Of a DNA stretch of 25,790 nt, positions 18,542 to 25,683 are shown piece after piece. Made by a program: the position numbers and the translations under genes. Source of the stretch: a virus (Duplodnaviria > Caudoviricetes); the IMG/VR virus record IMGVR_UViG_3300038673_000375, positions 1 through 25,790 of that record. One strand, given 5' to 3'. The notes beneath the pieces are model-generated. The model ran no database searches and was not told the origin of the DNA. It worked only from the letters and a program-made list of their open reading frames with translations. Each line of letters opens with the position of its first letter. Position 1 is the first letter of the stretch.

Positions 18542-19603
18542 TTAGGTGGATTCATCATCGTCATCCTCATATAACAAGAGCAAACTGTAAATTGCTGGTA
18601 TTAAGAATGCGATTAAATTGATAGGGTCATAAACTGGTAGTAACGTACACCTACACCAATTATGGCGTGGAGGGGGATCTAAAAGTTCAGTTATGAGGAA
18701 AATTCGAAGATGATCAGGAAGACATAATGGACATACATCGCTATCGCCAGCTGTGAGGTACATCACTCGCTGAATGTATAATGATTTATAACTGTCTGTT
18801 TTGGCTGTTTCAGTGTAAAAAGAGGATTCACCGTGAGCTATGCGCCTGTAAATGTAGAAAGTGTTATTAGCACTATCTTCAGGGTCAACTATGACTCTGA
18901 GATTCTCAGCTATCTGGTTAACAGTTAAACCATTCTCATATCCATCTATTAGGGATGTTTTCATCACAGAATAGTATTTTTCACCAATATTCCGGAAAGA
19001 TTTCAGAGTATAATTAGCATAATATTCATTTATTGCCGGGTTGGTGAATGAGAACTGTGTTGGGGGGGGTGGTGTCACTCGCACCGTTGTTTTAACAGGG
19101 TAATGCTTTGGGGTCGATATTGAAACCTGGTCGCCGGTGCGGATGACACTGTAACCTTTATCTTCCAAATAGTTTAGGATAGTATTCCATTCTCTGGAAG
19201 TGTAAAATGTGGCTGCATTTTCATAACTGTGGGTTATTCTTTTGAGTATTTGTTCATCAGGATACTGTTCATATACTGCTAAGTTAACAAGAGCGGCTAT
19301 CCCTGCCAGGAATATAACATCATCCTCATCAAACTCATGGTTATCATCAAGGCTCTGGGTGAATATTGCGTTGGTCTTCTTTGCCACCCATTTATCAATC
19401 CGTTCATATATTTCATCACGGATATTTAGGGCCACTGGGAATAATTCACTGACAAATTCATCTATTTCAAGATTTTTAATATAATTAAATTCATCATAGT
19501 CTTGTTTTTGTTCTGATTTGCTTTTTTGGATGAATTTTAGTGTGTGTTGATGGTTATCCAGAGCTTGGGCTATGCCGGATAACTGGCCTTCGGATAACAC
19601 CAT
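18542..19603 (-). CDS. Minor head protein, MuF/SPP1 gp7 family
   Basis: RRIAHGE...D..VCPLC...PP.H.WCRC motifs; located between portal and protease. Confidence 0.9.
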   Translation of the reverse strand: MVLSEGQLSGIAQALDNHQHTLKFIQKSKSEQKQDYDEFNYIKNLEIDEFVSELFPVALNIRDEIYERIDKWVAKKTNAIFTQSLDDNHEFDEDDVIFLAGIAALVNLAVYEQYPDEQILKRITHSYENAATFYTSREWNTILNYLEDKGYSVIRTGDQVSISTPKHYPVKTTVRVTPPPPTQFSFTNPAINEYYANYTLKSFRNIGEKYYSVMKTSLIDGYENGLTVNQIAENLRVIVDPEDSANNTFYIYRRIAHGESSFYTETAKTDSYKSLYIQRVMYLTAGDSDVCPLCLPDHLRIFLITELLDPPPRHNWCRCTLLPVYDPINLIAFLIPAIYSLLLLYEDDDDEST

Positions 19604-19608
19604 GAAAA

Positions 19609-21078
19609 TCAGTTTTGAGCGTTTTTAATAGCATTTAAAACTTCTTTATGTAATCTTTGATTAGCCATCAGCATCTGATTAGTAGGGTCCAACATTTCTT
19701 CAGCTGCCTTCTTAGCATTATTCGTATCTCCTGGACCGGTGGGTGCTTTAGGATCATATCCTTGGTTAAAACTCGATAAGGGAATACAGTTATATGGTAC
19801 AAATGGTTCATCAGCCATTGGATCAACATAACGGGGCAATCCTCTACTTTCTCTTATATCATTCCAAGTGGCAGTACCATTCCTCACGTTCATATTATCC
19901 ACTTCAGCCTGTTTCTGGATATCCTGTTTTGTGAGGTTGGTTAATGTTATTGTAGTGGATTTGACTCCTGTTAATTTGATAAGATCTTTACGTAATGAAC
20001 CGAGTAATCCTGCTCGACTCCAGAATGTGAGGGTTTCGTTCATGTCTTCGGATTGACTGTCACCAGTTCCACTTCCAATGTTCCCTGATTCTATCCTTCC
20101 TACTTTGTGGGGTGGAACTCCATAAACACTAATTATCCGGGTGTTTATTCCTCTCTCCATCTCAGGGGTTAACATTTCCTTGTTAGTGCTGCCTATTGCC
20201 TGGAATGCTGCTCCGAATGTTACTAGGTGGCCCTCATCACCTTTTTCTTTCATCTCTTTTATCTGCTTCTGTATTCTTTTAACTTCATCTTCAGCTGCAT
20301 CATTCCCAAGGCTGGGATCTATTTGCAGTATTCCTTTAATGGAATCATGACTATAATTTTTCAAGTTTTTAGTGAGAATACTATTATCTAACATGGTTGC
20401 GGCCACAATTGGGACCATAGGGGACATTCCAATCTTGTTACTGAATGGATTCATATACTTATTATGGATCAATTCACCAGGTTTGAAAACATAACCACTT
20501 TTATGCACATAACGACCTTTCTTAACACTTATCATATATGGAGGGTGTCTGTAAAGTGCTGCTAAAAATCCGGACTTGTTATAAGCAGGTTCAATGAAAT
20601 TATTACCAGTTGCACAGTAATCTATGGTTAATTTGAATTTGAAATCTTCAGGAGTCTGATTACATTCACAGTAACCATCCAAGTCTGGGTTAGGGTGAGG
20701 GTTAGGATCTTCAAGAACCATGTTTAAATATTCAAGTTCCCTCTGACTGGGTTCCATATCCTTTTTGGTGGTTGCCACCAAGTCAGAGCTGCTTATGGGA
20801 CGTGCCAACGCTCCTATGGCACCCATAACGCTACTACTCCCGAATGCCAGGACATAACAACTGAAAGGGTCTAGTTGATTGTATGCTATGTTAAAGGCAT
20901 CGGATTTGTAGAATTTAATGTAGTCTCCCACAGAGGTGAAGGCCATCCCTGGACCTATGTTGGATAGTGCTGTGATTAAGTTACGGTCCGCACTGCTCAT
21001 CTGCACCTTACTAGGTGCGAATGCCCTGCTCACAGCCTGAGTTATCCGGTTATTGGATAGGGTTTCCCGTAGATTCAT
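19609..21078 (-). CDS. Portal protein
   Basis: L..PNP, TGN.FIE, ELIH, GMSP, I..VYGVPP..VG and T.NDIR..RGLP motifs. Confidence 0.93.
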   Translation of the reverse strand: MNLRETLSNNRITQAVSRAFAPSKVQMSSADRNLITALSNIGPGMAFTSVGDYIKFYKSDAFNIAYNQLDPFSCYVLAFGSSSVMGAIGALARPISSSDLVATTKKDMEPSQRELEYLNMVLEDPNPHPNPDLDGYCECNQTPEDFKFKLTIDYCATGNNFIEPAYNKSGFLAALYRHPPYMISVKKGRYVHKSGYVFKPGELIHNKYMNPFSNKIGMSPMVPIVAATMLDNSILTKNLKNYSHDSIKGILQIDPSLGNDAAEDEVKRIQKQIKEMKEKGDEGHLVTFGAAFQAIGSTNKEMLTPEMERGINTRIISVYGVPPHKVGRIESGNIGSGTGDSQSEDMNETLTFWSRAGLLGSLRKDLIKLTGVKSTTITLTNLTKQDIQKQAEVDNMNVRNGTATWNDIRESRGLPRYVDPMADEPFVPYNCIPLSSFNQGYDPKAPTGPGDTNNAKKAAEEMLDPTNQMLMANQRLHKEVLNAIKNAQN

Positions 21079-21457
21079 CAGTTTTCTCCTTTTTCAGTTT
21101 AACATAATTCTCTAAGGCCCTGAAAATAACATCAGCCGTTAACTCTGTTTCGGATTCAACATCATCCAAAAGGTTTAATTGTAGAAAAGTAACTAATCGT
21201 TGATGGAATTTGAGTAAAGATAAAATTTGGGCGGTTGTGAAATAAAAACTATAATCACGGTTCATCTGAACCATAAGATTACATATCTGGAATTTATTCA
21301 TCTCTTCAAAATCTATCACAACAGGATCATTAAAAGGGAGTTTGAAGTATCTTTCTTCGATACGTTCAATGTGGTCTTTTTCATCAGCGAGACATTTCTT
21401 CTTCCATTCTTCATACCCGCCAATCTCTTCAATGTACTCCTCTATGCTTTTCAACAT
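21050..21457 (-). CDS. Hypothetical protein between terL and portal
   Basis: GGGGTGA RBS; 135 aa; overlaps the portal start by 29 nt. Confidence 0.7.
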   Translation of the reverse strand: MLKSIEEYIEEIGGYEEWKKKCLADEKDHIERIEERYFKLPFNDPVVIDFEEMNKFQICNLMVQMNRDYSFYFTTAQILSLLKFHQRLVTFLQLNLLDDVESETELTADVIFRALENYVKLKKEKTDESTGNPIQ

Positions 21458-21486
21458 GACCCATCACCCCACTGCAACAAAGAGTT

Positions 21487-21624
21487 TTATTCTTTGAATT
21501 CCTGTAATCCATTATCTTCCTTCAATTTCCGGATTCTTTCAGTTAATTTCCCATCTTTACCATTCAAATCCTGTTTTTTAACATGGTCTTTTCTCAGATC
21601 TTTTTCTCGAATTCCAATTCCCAT
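21487..21624 (-). CDS. 45-aa highly charged hypothetical protein
   Basis: GGTGA RBS overlaps the terL stop; ATG 21624 (the longer ORF-track start lies inside terL). Confidence 0.6.
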   Translation of the reverse strand: MGIGIREKDLRKDHVKKQDLNGKDGKLTERIRKLKEDNGLQEFKE

Positions 21625-21628
21625 CTTA

Positions 21629-23083
21629 TCACCACATCTCCACACTGCCAATAAACGCTTTTTTCGGTTTTTCACCCATAAACAATACATTAAACGCCCC
21701 ACTCAGCGCATCCACCATATCATCATGCACCCCTTTAGTTGGGAAGCTAGTAATCTCATTTAAAAAATCATTATTCCAATCAGGATCTTCACGCATCTTC
21801 AGAAGACCCTTCTTAGCAAAAGTCACCATGGCCCGGGCACGTTCAAGTTTATCTTTCCTGGGAACTTTCCACCCATCGAAATCATAACCCGGGAGTTTCT
21901 TACCCCAAATATTCACCAAGTATTTAGGACTGGCCCCTCCTTCCATCTCTATTCGGAACAGGGTTTTGGGACGTTCATCATAATCTTCATGGATCTGTTT
22001 GAAAATTTCCTTCTCAGCCTTATCCGGTTCGAAACGGAAACGCTTGTAATGGTCAATGTAACCCTCTCCATCGTTATCCTTCAATAATAGGCATCCGGCA
22101 GTCCAATCAGCACCACCTTTTTTATTAACATTTTCCTCCTCGGTAGCTGCCAAGTCCCATAAACGGACACTGCCAACTATCGGTTCATCAATAGAAGTGT
22201 AACTATTATCAGTGAACCATTTCCTTTGAAAGATTTTACCCTCTGGAACAGCCTCCCAATCCCCATACTTCCACTGCCGGCCTAGTATTGGGTTTTCGGC
22301 TGCAATATCATCTAATATCTTACCATAATCCTCATGATTTAGGTGAGGGTTATCTGTATAGAGGGAGGGGATGAATAATCCATCCCCTTTAACAAAGCTG
22401 GTGTTAAAATAATCATGACTCAAACCACCAGGGTTCCCAGTGTACCATACATTCACAGGTAAAGGGTCATCCCCTGCTTTACGAACACTACCCCTCAAGT
22501 GAATGATTTTATGCTCACTGAACTGAACAGCTTCATCGAAAAGGAGTCGATGGTATTCTGCTCCCTGGTAATCTTCAACGTTCTCATCATATTGAACATG
22601 ACCAAACTGAACAGCAGCGCCAGAGGGAAACGTGAAAATTTTGTTATAGTTATCCCAGTGTGGTTTTATTCCTTCTTTTTCAAGATAATCCAGTGCCATC
22701 CATTTCCGGCACCGATTCATCACCGCACCGAGAGCGGCAAGCTTTTTATAAGTTAACCTTAAAACTCCTGCCTGCCATGAGGGCATAGATACAAATTGTA
22801 ATGCTGCCATTAGGAGGGTGCTTGTTTTACCGCCTCCCCTACCCCCACCAAACAAGGCATACTTAGAATGGAAGGCACTTACAAGGAGTTCAACTTGGGT
22901 GTAATATGGAACTTCTGGGATGTACGGATTCAGGATAATGCTTTGGTAAAATGTTTTAGCTTCAGCTCGTGGGAGGCTGACCATCATCTTCCGCAGATCG
23001 GAGTCTTCCTCCATCTGCTTCTTCCACTGTTCCACCTTCCACTGCTTCAACTCCATCGTGGATTTGAACTGGTTTATCGCCAC
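21629..23083 (-). CDS. terL: Terminase large subunit (psiM2-like C-terminal nuclease)
   Basis: Walker A GGGRGGGKT, Walker B LLFDEA, TGNPGG; nuclease WDLAAT and HDDMVDALS. Confidence 0.96.
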   Translation of the reverse strand: MAINQFKSTMELKQWKVEQWKKQMEEDSDLRKMMVSLPRAEAKTFYQSIILNPYIPEVPYYTQVELLVSAFHSKYALFGGGRGGGKTSTLLMAALQFVSMPSWQAGVLRLTYKKLAALGAVMNRCRKWMALDYLEKEGIKPHWDNYNKIFTFPSGAAVQFGHVQYDENVEDYQGAEYHRLLFDEAVQFSEHKIIHLRGSVRKAGDDPLPVNVWYTGNPGGLSHDYFNTSFVKGDGLFIPSLYTDNPHLNHEDYGKILDDIAAENPILGRQWKYGDWEAVPEGKIFQRKWFTDNSYTSIDEPIVGSVRLWDLAATEEENVNKKGGADWTAGCLLLKDNDGEGYIDHYKRFRFEPDKAEKEIFKQIHEDYDERPKTLFRIEMEGGASPKYLVNIWGKKLPGYDFDGWKVPRKDKLERARAMVTFAKKGLLKMREDPDWNNDFLNEITSFPTKGVHDDMVDALSGAFNVLFMGEKPKKAFIGSVEMW

Positions 23084-23570
23084 TTTCCTGTATCTCCATT
23101 AATGAATTCAATAAGTCTTTATCTCCAACAATAACCGCAACGGTCCCTGTATGGTTAACATCTTTGGTTTCCTTCTTAGGAGGACCACCAACCAATGCAT
23201 TCTTAGCTTCTATAACCCGTTTAAAGTCCAATGGGTTGCGGATTTTCATAATACTCCCATCATCATCCATTACGTATGCAAGGTATTCCGTTACAATTTG
23301 GTTGAGTATGTTTAACAAGTCACTTTCAAGAACAGCGAGAGATTCTGGGGATAAGTTTTCACGGGCAACTTCAATCATGTCATATTTGAGTTCTTCCTTC
23401 AAATCCCACATGTCATCTTTTTTCCACTTGTAAACAGTGGTTCTATCTCTACCGAACTTTTCAGCTATTCTAAGCATTCTTTGATTGATGGTTAACGTGC
23501 CTGTTAGTCCCATGGCAAAATAATGTTCGAATGCTAATTTTTTTTCTTTGTCTGTTACTGGCTTTGCCAT
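22962..23570 (-). CDS. terS: Terminase small subunit
   Basis: N-terminal HTH (IAEKFGRDRTTVYKWKK..W), helical middle, 'VNHTG.V' strand; GGTGA RBS; directly before terL. Confidence 0.82.
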   Translation of the reverse strand: MAKPVTDKEKKLAFEHYFAMGLTGTLTINQRMLRIAEKFGRDRTTVYKWKKDDMWDLKEELKYDMIEVARENLSPESLAVLESDLLNILNQIVTEYLAYVMDDDGSIMKIRNPLDFKRVIEAKNALVGGPPKKETKDVNHTGTVAVIVGDKDLLNSLMEIQESGDKPVQIHDGVEAVEGGTVEEADGGRLRSAEDDGQPPTS

Positions 23571-23617
23571 AGTTCACCACCATAGATCAGGTTTATGTTC
23601 TTGTTTACTCCGTGCTT

Positions 23618-23777
23618 CTTTCATGGAAAACCATGGATGAATTTCTCCTATTTTAAGAACCAAGCGATTATAACAATAAACCAGAAAAAGTATTACCCTT
23701 TTTATGCCCCCCTACACGGAGAGCCAATCCCACCACAAAAATATAGGGGAAACAATTCTCCCAGGAAACCATGAAAG
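23618..23777. repeat. Long imperfect inverted repeat with internal hairpin
   Basis: Arms 23618-23651 and 23743-23777 (CTTTCATGG.../...CCATGAAAG); inner hairpin at 23706-23724. Confidence 0.7.
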
Positions 23778-23779
23778 TA

Positions 23780-23914
23780 TTACTCTCTGGCCTGTTCATC
23801 CAAAGTTTCAGTCAAACACTGGTAAAACCCACCCTCCTTACGGTAAGGGCCAGGACCATAAAGAACCTTATACCGTTCATTCATAGCATCCCCAGGCAAC
23901 ATCAAAGAACACAT
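23780..23914 (-). CDS. 44-aa hypothetical protein, below the ORF-track cutoff
   Basis: MCSLMLPGDAMNERYKVLYGPGPYRKEGGFYQCLTETLDEQARE*; ATG 1 nt after the upstream stop, with GTGAT upstream. Confidence 0.45.
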   Translation of the reverse strand: MCSLMLPGDAMNERYKVLYGPGPYRKEGGFYQCLTETLDEQARE

Positions 23915-23915
23915 A

Positions 23916-24209
23916 TTAATCACAAAAACTATCCATACAATTCTTCTTATTAACCGCTTTCAACTTCTTAAGGAACTCTTTAAACTCCTTCTCATTACTC
24001 ATCTCACCATTCAAACAAGCCACCCACTGCAATAACAAATTAATATTAGTCTGACTCTTAGCAGCATCCTCCTTAATCTCACTGAGCTCTGTGTTTACAG
24101 CAGTTAACTTCTTATCTAGACCATCATAAATTTTCCAGAATAATCCACCAAAAAAAAGTAATATGGGAATAATAAGTCCACAAATACCAACAATTTCTAA
24201 GATCTCCAT
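23916..24209 (-). CDS. Single-TM plus coiled-coil membrane protein (holin/XhlA-like architecture)
   Basis: N-terminal hydrophobic segment IVGICGLIIPILLFFGGLFW followed by a heptad pattern; ATG 24209 is the likely start. Confidence 0.6.
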   Translation of the reverse strand: MEILEIVGICGLIIPILLFFGGLFWKIYDGLDKKLTAVNTELSEIKEDAAKSQTNINLLLQWVACLNGEMSNEKEFKEFLKKLKAVNKKNCMDSFCD

Positions 24210-24252
24210 TTTCGGGCCATCCCTGCCAACCAGCCATTCATCCACTACAAAA

Positions 24253-24711
24253 TTAAGCACTATCCTCTGAAGAACCAGTTACCATAACATTCTCCATAAG
24301 ATAACCATACCGTGGTTTCAAGAAGTTCCATATAATTAAAGCCATCCCCCCAATTACAGGGATTAATGCTTCAGCAGAATTCCCCACGAACGGAGTTAAA
24401 ACAGATGGGGTCATTGCAATAGTATATACGAAAGTCACAGCAACAATCATGAGGAACGTGGTTAATCCCCCCTGGGTAAACTGAATATCCTCCCCCGCCA
24501 ATATCTTATCACGGAGCCTAGGATAAGCATAATCATATAATGCAACTAGAATAGGCAATACTATAACACTTATTTTAAGCCATAAAGGCAATCCCACTAT
24601 TTGACCTGCAACATCCGGGTTTTCTATTATAAACCCTAAAACCAACACACCAGCAAACAACACAATAGATACCAAATAGGTGCTTATTAACCCTTTACTC
24701 AATTCCATCAT
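24253..24711 (-). CDS. Four-TM membrane protein with internal duplication (putative holin)
   Basis: AGGAGGAG RBS before ATG 24711; two similar 2-TM units ending LYDYAYPR and IWNFLKPR. Confidence 0.65.
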   Translation of the reverse strand: MMELSKGLISTYLVSIVLFAGVLVLGFIIENPDVAGQIVGLPLWLKISVIVLPILVALYDYAYPRLRDKILAGEDIQFTQGGLTTFLMIVAVTFVYTIAMTPSVLTPFVGNSAEALIPVIGGMALIIWNFLKPRYGYLMENVMVTGSSEDSA

Positions 24712-24729
24712 ATCTCCTCCTTTTAACAT

Positions 24730-25010
24730 TTTCACAAAATAAAATCCAAAGAGAAAAAAAACGGGAAAAACACCAGGGGGCAACATACAAAAAGAGTAGC
24801 CAGAATACCCCAAAAGCTACCCCCCAATGCCAAAAACAAAAAGAGATCCCACTCACCACAAATGAAACCTCCCTCAACATAACATACCGCCACACAAACA
24901 ATAAAAAAAAACAAAAAAAACACCACCAAAAAAGCCAAAAACAACCCCCACACACAACCAACCCACAACCAAACAAACAACCAAAACCCCAAAACCCCAA
25001 AAACACCCTA
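24730..25010. repeat. Low-complexity A/C-rich tract (T/G-rich on the minus strand)
   Basis: Very few G or T in 24886-25008; several A runs of 6-9 nt. Confidence 0.85.
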
Positions 25011-25080
25011 GAAAAATATTTTAGGAAAACGGCAAAAACGGCCGAAATGTATATGGGGATGGATTCCAAGCCCCCCTAAG

Positions 25081-25100
25081 AAATATTAAGGCTTTTTTTT
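25081..25100 (-). promoter_or_regulatory. Possible BRE-TATA promoter for the structural operon
   Basis: Minus strand reads AAAAAAAAGCCTTAATATTT. Confidence 0.35.
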
Positions 25101-25348
25101 TGAGAAAAGGAATATTACCCCGGGCCGTGGGACCTGCTCATCTGTCCGGATCTGATGACATGACATGTGATGACACCCCGCGGGGGCCCCGTGGCGGGGT
25201 GTCCTACGGTGATCATCATCACCGGATCGGTCCCAGTGGCACCCCTGGGGCTGCAGCTCCGGCGGTCTGGCGGGGTTCCTGCTGGCGGGCGGGGCCCGCC
25301 GTGGTGTCTGTGCTGTGGCTGTGGGTTGCTGTCTGGCCGTGGTTGGTT

Positions 25349-25376
25349 ACTTCGTTAAACTTGACTATAACGAACT
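25349..25376. other. dif/loxP-like tyrosine recombinase site (11-6-11)
   Basis: ACTTCGTTAAA-CTTGAC-TATAACGAACT; arms are 9/11 complementary. Confidence 0.6.
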
Positions 25377-25490
25377 AGAGTATATGATTTTTCCCATGGC
25401 CCCGGGCCCCTGCAGCTCCCCGGGGATCCGTGGCCCCTGAAGTCCCCGGAAGTCACTGCCCCCGGGGGTCATGGGGTGCTGCAGGTTAGG

Positions 25491-25530
25491 GAGATCAGAA
25501 CTATGATCGAAAGATCAGAACTGAGATCGA
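25491..25530. repeat. Two tandem 20-bp imperfect repeats (iteron-like)
   Basis: GAGATCAGAACTATGATCGA and AAGATCAGAACTGAGATCGA. Confidence 0.75.
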
Positions 25531-25621
25531 GATCGGATCTGCAGCTGCAGGCGGGCCCGGGTGGTTGGAGTGCGCCCGTCTCCGATCGATCACACTGGAG
25601 GCGGGGGTGCTGCAGGGGCTC

Positions 25622-25683
25622 GGTGGTGTGGTTTTTGGGTTGGTGTTGGGTGTTGGGTTGTTTGGGTGTGGGTGTTGTGTGGG
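25622..25683. repeat. Pure G/T tract
   Basis: 62 nt containing only G and T. Confidence 0.85.

Larger units (their letters stand above)
25116..25625 (+). other. GC-rich, palindrome-dense non-coding element (structured RNA, origin or packaging region)
   Basis: Stems 25128-34/25229-35, 25172-81/25194-203, 25207-13/25218-24, 25284-90/25294-300 and 25402-21/25604-23; GC content far above that of the coding block. Confidence 0.6.

Noticed and set aside
19609-23083. Inteins or introns in terminase or portal
   Set aside because: Normal lengths, contiguous motifs, and no intein splice-junction signatures.
495-23953. Numerous plus-strand ORFs, nearly all antisense to structural genes
   Set aside because: Shadow ORFs of minus-strand codon bias (Ser/Phe/Leu-rich), with no recognisable motifs.
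24695-25069. Phe/Gly/Cys/Trp-rich ORFs 24695-25069 and 24732-24992, and the 34-aa N-terminal extension of 24253-24813
   Set aside because: Artefacts of the T/G-rich tract, which lacks stop codons; the strong RBS sits at ATG 24711.
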